16,601 nucleotides of DNA from a bacterium (GTDB lineage: Bacteria; SZUA-182; DTGQ01; JAFGSM01), in contig JBLIRO010000062.1 of the NCBI GenBank assembly GCA_049472335.1, positions 1-16,601 on the forward strand, given 5' to 3'. The notes beneath the pieces are model-generated. The model saw nothing but the letters and a program-made list of their open reading frames with translations, was not told where the DNA came from and searched no databases. A program made the position numbers and the translations under genes. Below, piece by piece: positions 1-8,354 of the stretch (within the stretch, counting starts at the first letter, position 1; each line of letters starts with the position of its first letter).

Positions 1-9
1 TTTTAATAT

Positions 10-55
10 GAATCTTATAGCAGATTCAAATAATTTCTGCTATGATTCTTTTTTT
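10..55 (+). terminator. Probable intrinsic terminator for a plus-strand transcript arriving from left of the window
   Basis: GAATC-tt-ATAGCAGA (10-24) pairs with TCTGCTAT-GATTC (36-48) and is followed directly by T7 (49-55). Confidence 0.6.
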
Positions 56-171
56 CCGCCAAACTTTTTCTTTTTTTCCTCTTTCTTGGTTTTATATCCT
101 ATATAAATAAAGAAAAAGATTGTCAGTCCTACAAGAAAAAATATTGGCCAATTCTTTCCAAAATCAATCAT
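40..171 (-). CDS. Small single-pass membrane protein, 43 aa (MIDFGKNWPIFFLVGLTIFFFIYIGYKTKKEEKKKKFGGKKES), absent from the ORF track
   Basis: Translated by hand: ATG at 171-169, TAG at 42-40. Strong RBS AAGGAG at 186-181. One hydrophobic segment followed by a Lys-rich tail. Candidate promoter TTGACT-N18-TATAAA at 281-252. Confidence 0.75.
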   Translation of the reverse strand: MIDFGKNWPIFFLVGLTIFFFIYIGYKTKKEEKKKKFGGKKES

Positions 172-444
172 TTTGTTTTTCTCCTTAAAAATATTGTGAA
201 ATTTCATAATAAAACTTTATAAATATCAATAATTAATCAACATCATTAAAATTTATAATCACCAAATACTTAAATAGTCAAAATATTTAAATCCTTTATT
301 TTTAACTTATATATTCCATTAATATAATTTTAACATTGCCAGATTAGAAGAAGATTAAAATATAATTAAAATTTTTTAATTTTTCCCTTCCCAGTTCCAT
401 TTCTCCTGAGTTATTGTTTCCTTCCCGCATAATGTATGTATCCT

Positions 445-1013
445 CTAAACAAAAAAAAACAGTGATGCCAGCACAGCCAGACAGGTTATAAGGGTGAGCG
501 GAGTCACCAGGATGCCGTACCATGTGAATTCTCTGAATGAGATATGGAAGTCCTTGTTGCCGAGTATGCTCATCCACATAATGCCGGCAAGGGCGCCGAT
601 AGGGGTCAGATTCGCACCGAGGTTCGACCCGACCGTAGTCGAGAGTATCGCCGCCAATCTTGCCTTTCCTGCAAGCCCGCTGATAACAGGGACATAGGCA
701 ACGGTCATCGGTATATTGTTCAGCAGGTTTGCGGAAAGTGCCGAGGATATGGGGCCACAACCAGGGCAATGATGCACCCGCCTAACAGGCAAAGCCCTAC
801 CAGGGCACCGACCCTGTCAGTGATTGCCGATATTGGATCGTTTTGATCGATTTCCCGGATGGGCCATGTTATATCCTTCCTGAATAGTGCATAAATCAAC
901 AACATATTTGTAACACCGGCAACAAGGGTAGGTAGAAACATCCACTGCAGGTACTTGTTGAAGTTAATCCCAAAGGCTACAGCAAGAAGTATATTTGTGG
1001 GATTTCCTATAAA
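445..1013 (-). pseudogene. ArsB/NhaD (ion transporter superfamily) permease remnant, 5'-truncated with an internal frameshifting deletion
   Basis: The 720..941 frame extends upstream to FIGNPTNILLAVAFGINF (GNPTN motif) and hits a stop at 1028-1026. Near 750 it switches frame to ISSALSANLLNNIPM...GSNLGANLTPIGALAG...FREFTWYG, the typical C-terminal motifs. The N-terminus and a central block are missing. Confidence 0.85.
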
Positions 1014-1225
1014 TTTATCATTGCATTATTCTTGATAAGTGCATGAAAATGCTTACTAATTTAGACAATATTTTTAATATGGAGGAAGAGTATATTCAAT
1101 TTCAGTTATCCCTGTCAATTCCATCAGGAAATTGTGTATATTTGATAGCTTCTCCACTTGTTTCTGTTTGCCGGCTCACCATTTTGCCCAAGGTTTCTTC
1201 GTGACAAAACTTTATGCTTTTATTC

Positions 1226-1254
1226 TTGCCTTTTACTAACTGTTTGAGTATTAT
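1226..1254 (+). promoter_or_regulatory. Candidate sigma70 promoter upstream of the hydrolase gene
   Basis: TTGCCT (1226-1231), 17 bp spacer, TATTAT (1249-1254). Confidence 0.45.
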
Positions 1255-1284
1255 CAATAAAAGACAATACTATGATCTATAGGC

Positions 1285-1327
1285 TTAGGGACTTGCACCT
1301 CTTAGCTCATAACCTTACCGGCCGTAA
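1285..1327 (-). mobile_element. Possible decayed 5' end (start of domain I) of a group II intron
   Basis: Minus strand TTACGGCCGGTAAGGTTATGAGCTAAGAGGTGCAAGTCCCTAA aligns without gaps to the class IIC 5'-end pattern GTGYGCCCGGCATGG...CTA..GGGTGARAGTCCC (recalled from memory). The GUGYG start is degenerate, and no reverse transcriptase or domain V is seen. Confidence 0.3.
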
Positions 1328-1491
1328 ATTAGTCAATCCACATGATTTCACTTAGCTGGCCGATTCATGATAGCCTTTGTTATTTGGGCTTAAAACAGGT
1401 AATTATAAGAATAATTAAGTTTATTAAAGAAGTACTTTAATGATTAAGAAAAAAATAGAAATAAAATGGAAAATGAAGTATAGAGGGGCAT

Positions 1492-2358
1492 ATGGAAAAT
1501 CTGGACATTAAAATGTTGAACACATCACGTGGTCAAGTAGAGTATCTTGATACAGGGAAGGGGGGAAGTATACTCTCTCTTCATGGGGCGATGGGAGGAT
1601 ACGATCAGGCATATATTCTTGCAAGGACTGTTGGTCCATCAAACTATCGATACTTGTCACTTTCTCGTCCGGGTTATCTCGGAACCCCTCTTACTACCGG
1701 CGAGACACCTGAGGAACAGGCGGATCTTTACGCTGAGGTCATCGATCTGCTCAATATCAGGCAAGTCATAGTTATTGCCATTTCCGGAGGCGGACCGAGT
1801 GCGATTCACTTTGCCCTTCAACATCACGACCGGTGTAGTGGGCTTGTGCTGATCTCAACCTGTAGTGGTAAGGTTAAAAACAAAATACCCCTTTTTTTTC
1901 ATATAATGACGCTTCTGGCCAAATGGCCGGCCTTTGTAACGATGATGAAGAAAAAAACTGAAAAGAATCTAAAAAAGGCCCTTAGGCGCTCAATATCGGA
2001 CCCCGACATTTTGGAACGTACGCTCAGGGATACCGATGTGATGGCCCTATACAAGGAGTTGGCAGTGGGAGGTTTTTACAGAATGCAAGAACGGATTGCA
2101 GGAACCAAGAATGACATAAGAATAACTCAAACAAGATCTTATCCCTTGAAAGATATAACCGTTCCAACGCTTGTGGTGCATGGTACCAAAGACCCTCTCG
2201 TTTCATTTAATGAACATGGCAAGCGACTTGCCACAGAGATACCCGGGGCACAATTGTTTGCAGTAGATGGAGGAGAGCATGCAACGGTCTTTACCCATCG
2301 CAGAGAGGTTCAGGCAAAAGTCTCTGAATTTCTTCAAGGATTGAATTTGAGTGGATAG
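1492..2358 (+). CDS. Alpha/beta fold hydrolase
   Basis: Oxyanion motif LHG, nucleophile elbow AISGGG, acid in HGTKD, His in GGEH. RBS AGAGGGG. Confidence 0.92.
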   Translation: MENLDIKMLNTSRGQVEYLDTGKGGSILSLHGAMGGYDQAYILARTVGPSNYRYLSLSRPGYLGTPLTTGETPEEQADLYAEVIDLLNIRQVIVIAISGGGPSAIHFALQHHDRCSGLVLISTCSGKVKNKIPLFFHIMTLLAKWPAFVTMMKKKTEKNLKKALRRSISDPDILERTLRDTDVMALYKELAVGGFYRMQERIAGTKNDIRITQTRSYPLKDITVPTLVVHGTKDPLVSFNEHGKRLATEIPGAQLFAVDGGEHATVFTHRREVQAKVSEFLQGLNLSG

Positions 2359-2382
2359 GCAAGAAAATAAGAAGAGATTGAT

Positions 2383-2979
2383 ATGTACCTACCCCAAGAT
2401 GTCATTAATGTAATCATTGGATTTAGTATCATCATTGGTGCAATCGAGTGTTTCTTTGGCTACCGCATCTTCAAAGTTATCTTAGGCCTCGTTGGTTTCC
2501 TCCTTGGTGGTTCTCTGGCCGCTACTATCGGCTATGCGATCTTCCGGCATGAAACAGTTGCTTTGCTGACGGGTCTTATTGGTGGCTTAATAGGCGGGGC
2601 ATCCATGGTTGTCCTGTTCTTCGTTGGAATCTTTCTCATCGGAGCCTTCCTTGGCGCGGTTTTAGGTTCCGTTCTCTTTGCGGCAGCCGGAAACAATCCA
2701 GGACCCGCTGTGCTTTTAATACTCGCTGTTATTGCGGGATTGATTGCTCTCATTTTCAAGAAGTTCATGATCATTGTTTCCACTGGATTCGGAGGCGCGT
2801 GGAGTGTAGTGACAGGCATAGCACACTTCACAGGATCAATCGATCTGACGAATTTCAACAGGATCTTCAGTTCAGCAGCGAGCCGAATCTACCCCATTCT
2901 CTTGTGTTGGCTCGCCCTTGGTATTTTCGGTGTGATTGTTCAGTATAAGTCAGCTCCATCGAAAGAAAATATTGCATAA
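2383..2979 (+). CDS. Gly-rich polytopic membrane protein, DUF4203 / TM7S3-TMEM198-like
   Basis: N-terminal G-x3-CFFGYRIFK..L...GFLLG signature, about 6-7 hydrophobic helices, and a ST.FGGA motif. Confidence 0.8.
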   Translation: MYLPQDVINVIIGFSIIIGAIECFFGYRIFKVILGLVGFLLGGSLAATIGYAIFRHETVALLTGLIGGLIGGASMVVLFFVGIFLIGAFLGAVLGSVLFAAAGNNPGPAVLLILAVIAGLIALIFKKFMIIVSTGFGGAWSVVTGIAHFTGSIDLTNFNRIFSSAASRIYPILLCWLALGIFGVIVQYKSAPSKENIA

Positions 2980-3188
2980 CTTGGGCATTAAACATGAAAT
3001 ATGGGAAACACTAGTAAGGAGAGAAAGAAGGGTATCTCGACAGTTATACCGGGCCTTCGCAAAAAAACAGCCCCTTTTCTTCCCGCGCACAAAATGAGGG
3101 CCACAACATATTGTCTCCAACAATAGATTGCTTGATATCCGAGTTTTACCCTGATACTTTTAATTGAATCATAAGATATGAATGGGAC

Positions 3189-4649
3189 TTAGAAATAATC
3201 AGAAAGTCCCTTCCGAATATGCTCGTACTTAAGCAATGTGGTTATTGGCTCCATTTTCACCGGATCATTCTTCTTGCATCTGTCAAATCTATCACTTATA
3301 GCATCCAAAGTATCATCCGACTCAACAAGACCGTTCAGGATTTTCCTGAACAATGGAACAATATCAGGAAAAATTTCTTTTTCCAGGATGACGGGCCTTC
3401 TCTCGATGACAACAATTTTCCTGGGATTTATCTGCAGCGTCTTATACGGATAATGGTAGGATATCCTAGGAACCATGGCTGTTTTAAAATAACTCAAAAA
3501 GACCGGATGATTGTTCAATTCCAGTTTATTCCAAGTCCTTTCATTAAGATAGAGCCTTTCCTTTGAAGAATTGAAACAGAAGGTGTTTTCATCCAGTCCC
3601 TGACTCTTTAAGGATTCAATTACGCTGTTTGCCTTCTCCCGGTTTATTCTTATGGACAGACTCCGGATGAAAGATGCCCGGGTGATGTCCTCGTGAGGTT
3701 TTACTATGAGTTTTGCCGTGCGCTTTCGGGCCGCAAGGGATTGAAAATGATATTTGTAATCAAAAGAACAATAATTCACCGGAAGTGCAAGTTGATTATC
3801 TATAACAAATTTAAGTATTCGCAGGGCCGCAAGCTCGGACTCGAGCACTGTAACATTTTCTCCATGGAGCAATGTATATCGCCGCTTTACCATTTTGGAA
3901 CAGTTATAAACTGTGCACCGAAGCTTATGAAGGTTAAGGTAACTTACCCCGGCGCCTTCAAGCTTAAATACCAGTTTTTGAAGGACGGCCTCATCCTCCG
4001 GTATCGCAGGGATTTCAACAGTCACATTCGGTATTCGGCCTAATGCCAATTTCAGCTTATCGAGGCTGTAATTGACCGCACTCAGATCAAACCTTATCTC
4101 ATCCAGGCCCGCGTCTTTCAGGCGGCCGATAATGGATTCCGTCAATAAAATCCCGTTTGTATAAAGCCAAAGGTATAGATCCTTCCCAAAATGCCTCTTT
4201 ATTTTAGATATAAATGAGAGGGTCCTGTCGAGCGTCATCAACGGCTCGCCGCCGCTTATACTTGCCCCCCTGAACCGGAAATAACGAAGATATTCGACAT
4301 AGTCTTCGGGTCTTGTAAATACTATGGTATTGGTTGAAGGTTCTCCTTTAACCTTCTGACTTGCAGGGCAATAAAAACAACCGGCATTACAGATGTTGTT
4401 GATAAAAAGGCAAGACCAGCTCCCTTCTCCGCACAGGCGGCATCCGGGTGACAATCCCATAAAATGCGGCTTCATATCCGCATATTCACATTCTATCCTG
4501 GCCGAGACAGAAGCAAGCAATTGATCACGCTCTTCTTCGGCTGCCAGGGCCTCCTCAGGGGTGATCCATTTCATGCCTTGATAGAGATCACCATATTCCT
4601 GTCTGGCAAGTTCGTCATATTCGAGCATTATGCGATCCATTTTTAACAT
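3189..4649 (-). CDS. Radical SAM protein, COG2108-like (related to PFL-activating enzymes), function unknown
   Basis: CNAGCFYC (CxxxCxxC), an upstream LSPGCRLC motif, SGGEP and YTNG. Start moved from TTG 4724, which lies inside a repeat hairpin, to ATG 4649; 4640 is also possible. Confidence 0.88.
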   Translation of the reverse strand: MLKMDRIMLEYDELARQEYGDLYQGMKWITPEEALAAEEERDQLLASVSARIECEYADMKPHFMGLSPGCRLCGEGSWSCLFINNICNAGCFYCPASQKVKGEPSTNTIVFTRPEDYVEYLRYFRFRGASISGGEPLMTLDRTLSFISKIKRHFGKDLYLWLYTNGILLTESIIGRLKDAGLDEIRFDLSAVNYSLDKLKLALGRIPNVTVEIPAIPEDEAVLQKLVFKLEGAGVSYLNLHKLRCTVYNCSKMVKRRYTLLHGENVTVLESELAALRILKFVIDNQLALPVNYCSFDYKYHFQSLAARKRTAKLIVKPHEDITRASFIRSLSIRINREKANSVIESLKSQGLDENTFCFNSSKERLYLNERTWNKLELNNHPVFLSYFKTAMVPRISYHYPYKTLQINPRKIVVIERRPVILEKEIFPDIVPLFRKILNGLVESDDTLDAISDRFDRCKKNDPVKMEPITTLLKYEHIRKGLSDYF

Positions 4650-4692
4650 ATAACCTGAAATTTTAGGCCTCATTCCGGGACACGGAAATGTC

Positions 4693-4747
4693 AGGAGCCA
4701 GGAGTCAGAATCCGGCCTTTTCAATTTACCGCTGACTCCTGGCTCCT
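4693..4747. repeat. Perfect 16-bp inverted repeat built from CAGGAGY heptamers
   Basis: AGGAGCCAGGAGTCAG (4693-4708) and CTGACTCCTGGCTCCT (4732-4747), 23-nt loop, no U tract. Confidence 0.9.
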
Positions 4748-4858
4748 CAGATCTAATTCCTTAGAAACCGGAATAAATAAAAAATTTTTTACCATAAAGG
4801 GTATTGGCAACTAAAATTGAAAGCCCTTTCTCTTCATAGGGAGTTGTCCGGTTCCGGA

Positions 4859-5857
4859 TCAATATGAAATACCATGTTCATTGAGCTGTTCTGCGACATA
4901 ATTTATGGTGGCATTAATTTCTGTCATATAGTCACCAGGTATAACATATAACAGAGTCACCTGTATTGCCTGTTCAATCATGGGCTTCGCCATTTCCGGA
5001 GTAAGCCCCGGAACCGATATGCCAAAATCTTCAAGATAAGATAACATTAAGGATGCATATTGTTCAGCGATTAAACCTATCGCTGTATTTTCATCCTGCA
5101 TGAGTATATAACCCATAAGGATCGTTGACTTTCTGAATTCCTTTTCCTGTGAAACTATAATCTTAAACGCCTCACTGTATGGGATATGAAACTCCCTGCT
5201 AAAATCACGGGCGTATGCCTCTTTTAAAAGCAATGGAAAGCTTTTGTCCCTAAGCAATGCCGAAGAGTATATCTTAAGGCCTATATAAGGATCAGCGCGC
5301 ACCATAAGGAAATCACCAGCAACCTCAACGATGTTATGGCATAATTCTATACGTATGGGATAATTATCTTCTCCTCCCAGGCCAATGGAATCAAATACAC
5401 CAGAAAAAGAGAGAAGCCTTTCCAGTTCTACTGCCTTGCAGATTACATATCCTGCTGGAAGGTCATCAGGAAATCCTTCCGGGGGATAATATGGGGGCCG
5501 GGCCATCAAGTGGGCTGTTGTATCTGCTCCCCATACATTATTATGCGAGACAAAACCATAAGCCAGTGACTTTTGAAACCCGCACCGTTTTGCAGATTCC
5601 CACACATTCATGAAATTTTCCTGACCTGACGGTATGCCGTGAGTTTGGTCATAGAGATAACCGGCATAGGGTGTACCAAACATAAAGTTAAAAATATCGG
5701 GAGCCATAGCCCCGTAAATCTCATTTTGGTTCTTCAAACCCGCTCCTTTGCCAATCTGATCGGCGATATAAGCATGAGTAGCTCCGCCCCACGAATAGGC
5801 CATAGAAGAAATTAAAAATAATAAAATTGAAATTGAAATAATCAATGTCCTTCTCAT
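4859..5857 (-). CDS. Secreted Zn-dependent phospholipase C / S1-P1 nuclease superfamily protein
   Basis: Signal peptide ending MAYS, so the mature N-terminus is WGGATH (W-x4-H). Also GAMAPD, GFVSH...AD and HNIVE as likely metal ligands. RBS AAGGAG. Confidence 0.8.
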   Translation of the reverse strand: MRRTLIISISILLFLISSMAYSWGGATHAYIADQIGKGAGLKNQNEIYGAMAPDIFNFMFGTPYAGYLYDQTHGIPSGQENFMNVWESAKRCGFQKSLAYGFVSHNNVWGADTTAHLMARPPYYPPEGFPDDLPAGYVICKAVELERLLSFSGVFDSIGLGGEDNYPIRIELCHNIVEVAGDFLMVRADPYIGLKIYSSALLRDKSFPLLLKEAYARDFSREFHIPYSEAFKIIVSQEKEFRKSTILMGYILMQDENTAIGLIAEQYASLMLSYLEDFGISVPGLTPEMAKPMIEQAIQVTLLYVIPGDYMTEINATINYVAEQLNEHGISY

Positions 5858-6146
5858 TTCTGTCTCCTTTTACGGTTCTTTCTATAATACTATTCAGGAT
5901 ATTCTTACCCAATCTATCAGTCTATTCTTTCCTATTTTACACCTCCTGCCTCCCACCCTCAGTAACAATAAAAAAATAATACTTATAATAGTAATTATAT
6001 ATTATTTATCCATGAGAAAGATTAAAATGCGATTAAAATAGAATTAAAATTTTCTAATCTGAAGAAAAGGAATTACATATGGATTCTTGACCTTACTTAA
6101 GATACCGTAAACAGGGATAATCAATAAATATTTGGGCTGATCTTCT

Positions 6147-7184
6147 TTATTTTTTCCTTTTAAAAAAGTATATTAATCTTCCAGCAATATTTTTGCTAAA
6201 AATACTAAAGAAACTCCCTAAGCGGCTTAATGATGAATCAATGTGCCTTGGTTCCCGAATTTTTTCAACGGGGTAAATCCTTTTTCTGACACCATTAACT
6301 AAATGACCTGTTATTTCAAAAACCTTTTCGTCAGGCACACCATCATAATGTTTGGATTTTAATCGCATATCACATATATCATTAATATAATCGATAGCAA
6401 TGAATCGCCCTGATGTATCAAGGGCAATCTCTGTAGAAAAAAAATCCAGCCTGGAAATCCTTCCTATTCTCTGGGTAATGGTTCGTAATTCATGGAGATC
6501 AAATCTCTTTTCATCCTCTTCGGTTAAGCTATTGTAAATATGGGTTTGATCATCCCACCAGCAAATTAATACTTTATTTAAAACATAATAAGCTCTAAAC
6601 CATGCCCTTTTGTCATCGAGACAGGCGGGAGATATATGCTGCTGTAATAGGTAACATGATTCAGGATTGGATTTTCTTTCATATTCAATATCCTGTTCTG
6701 TTTTTGCATCCTTGACTACACCGATACCGCCTCCGGAAGTAACCGCTGGTTTGATAATAAAGGGAGTGCCCAATTCTTCAATGCCGCTTAAATCCAATCC
6801 CGGTTTTTCCTGAAAAGGAGGGAGAATGACTGTTCGGGGGACATTTATGCCTGCGTTAGCCAGCTCAAAATGCATAATGGATTTATCGCAACTTTTAACA
6901 CTATGATATGAATCATTCAAAAACCAGCAATTACAGCATTCTTCCTTAATCGATTTTATAAATGAGATAAAATCCTCATCCTCATCAGAGGCCCTGTCAA
7001 GAAACGAATTAAATCTTATATCACCTGAATGGAGCTTATCTTTTGTTTCTTCTAAATTATCCTTATGGATAATATAGCTTTGAATATTATATTGCTGGCA
7101 TACCCTATCCAAAATATTCACAAAGTCATTATCATATTCCCATTTCCATGCAATTCCAAAATCGACTTGCAACAATAATATCAT
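6147..7184 (-). CDS. ATP-grasp fold protein, substrate unknown
   Basis: DKSIMHFELANAGINVP, PFIIKP...GGIGV, LLQQHI, FFSTEIA...IDYIND. Start placed at ATG 7184 (or a nearby TTG) after a purine-rich RBS, because the ORF-track TTG at 7235 coincides with the -35 box. Confidence 0.85.
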   Translation of the reverse strand: MILLLQVDFGIAWKWEYDNDFVNILDRVCQQYNIQSYIIHKDNLEETKDKLHSGDIRFNSFLDRASDEDEDFISFIKSIKEECCNCWFLNDSYHSVKSCDKSIMHFELANAGINVPRTVILPPFQEKPGLDLSGIEELGTPFIIKPAVTSGGGIGVVKDAKTEQDIEYERKSNPESCYLLQQHISPACLDDKRAWFRAYYVLNKVLICWWDDQTHIYNSLTEEDEKRFDLHELRTITQRIGRISRLDFFSTEIALDTSGRFIAIDYINDICDMRLKSKHYDGVPDEKVFEITGHLVNGVRKRIYPVEKIREPRHIDSSLSRLGSFFSIFSKNIAGRLIYFFKRKK

Positions 7185-7205
7185 CACCCCCTTCCCTCTC
7201 AAGAC

Positions 7206-7235
7206 ATTATAATAGATGCTATTGATATCTATCAA
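7206..7235 (-). promoter_or_regulatory. Sigma70 promoter of the ATP-grasp gene, overlapped by an FNR-type box
   Basis: TTGATA (7235-7230), 18 bp spacer, TATAAT (7211-7206). TTGAT-ATCT-ATCAA at 7222-7235. Confidence 0.55.
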
Positions 7236-7462
7236 CTTTTTGTTTATTGTATCTATTCAATGATTTGTGGATTGTTAACAATTTCTTTTTATTCTATACA
7301 TTCAATAGCTATAACTGGATAACACTTTGTCTTGAGAGATATTTACCCTTCTATATCAAGTGGAAAGGAGGTATCACTTATCAGTTTTAGAAATCTTTAA
7401 GATTTTTTGTAAAAAGAGGATAAAAAAATCAGTTAATGCCCAGCATTTCTTTTAAATATAAT

Positions 7463-8077
7463 CTAAGCGGCCTTCCTGAATCTATTCTGTGCGTATCGCC
7501 TGGACGGATCATTGGGCTGCGGATTCTCAGGATCAAACTGCCTGTATAAGAGCAGCCATTGTGCCGCCTGATAAAAGGTGGCATTAAGTGGAAGCCGAAT
7601 GCTTCCCAGTTGAGGGAAAATGTACTCAAGCCGGCGGGAGCAGTCACTGTAAACGGGAGGGATTAACTTGATGTTTCTTTTCGGTGGAGGCATTCTCCAG
7701 CATGGCCTGAACTGAACCGCTCCGTATTTATCCCTGATGCCTCCGAATCCAAAAAGTCTGCATATTAAGGGTCTAAAGGGATAAATGGTGCAACATTTCT
7801 CCAGGGTATGATCATAAAAAACACATTGACCTTCAGGATTTTCCAGGGCAGCTTTTGCCAAAAGATCTATCTTATCGTTATCTATAGCCCATTGGGCAGA
7901 TGGTAATGCAGCCAGCACTGAATCCTCGGGGTGATCATCCCGGCAACAGTCACCACACCCGGGAGGACACTTCAATCCAATACCATACCCTAAACGCAAT
8001 GCCTTCATTTCCGTATGGAACAAAATGCCCCTGATTGTCCGGATAAGCTGATCAGGTTTTATCGTATACATATTCAT
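7463..8077 (-). CDS. YkgJ family (CxxCxxCC) putative Zn/Fe-chelating cysteine-cluster protein
   Basis: CPPGCGDCC, CVFY, CTIYPFRPLICRLFG. Start uncertain (8089, 8077 or 8071). Confidence 0.88.
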   Translation of the reverse strand: MNMYTIKPDQLIRTIRGILFHTEMKALRLGYGIGLKCPPGCGDCCRDDHPEDSVLAALPSAQWAIDNDKIDLLAKAALENPEGQCVFYDHTLEKCCTIYPFRPLICRLFGFGGIRDKYGAVQFRPCWRMPPPKRNIKLIPPVYSDCSRRLEYIFPQLGSIRLPLNATFYQAAQWLLLYRQFDPENPQPNDPSRRYAQNRFRKAA

Positions 8078-8182
8078 CTTATATTCCAATTTATATATTT
8101 AACCGATTAATCTTATGATTTTTATTATTCTGATAAAGTTTTGTGGTATCTTAATATGAAAATATTTTCTTTAAAAAGTAAA

Positions 8183-8212
8183 AGTATATTCTTTAGACAG
8201 CGAATTTGTCAA
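8183..8212 (-). promoter_or_regulatory. Sigma70 promoter for the YkgJ-family gene
   Basis: TTGACA (8212-8207), 18 bp spacer, TATACT (8188-8183). Confidence 0.55.
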
Positions 8213-8219
8213 TAATCCA

Positions 8220-8266
8220 GGTTCAGTAACCCCGGTTCAGTACCCGGGTTTGGTATGGGTTCAGTA
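8220..8266. repeat. Four short direct repeats GGTTCAGTA in a divergent promoter region
   Basis: Exact copies at 8220, 8234 and 8258, plus variant GGTTTGGTA at 8247. Confidence 0.8.
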
Positions 8267-8354
8267 TGGATTTTGCTTTATTGACCAGACGATTTTGATA
8301 TAATTGGGATAATAAAGGAAACTGAAGAAACGGGAAAAGGAATTATATATTATT

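Noticed and set aside
344..430. Minus-strand 28-aa ORF MREGNNNSGEMELGREK... after a GAGGA
   Set aside because: No recognisable motif. It may be the stub of a lost downstream gene, but this cannot be supported.
422..449. dif-like site: CGCATAATGTAT matches the XerC side of the E. coli dif
   Set aside because: The XerD arm, normally the better conserved, reads TATCCTCTAAA instead of TTATGTTAAAT.
1075..1210. Minus-strand frame KPWAKW-TGA-AGKQKQVEKL... as a possible selenoprotein fragment
   Set aside because: No start codon, an in-frame TAA just upstream, no redox motif and no convincing SECIS hairpin.
3101..3130. Two CAA-N4-TTG palindromes resembling NrdR boxes
   Set aside because: They lie between convergent gene ends, with no promoter or ribonucleotide reductase gene to regulate.
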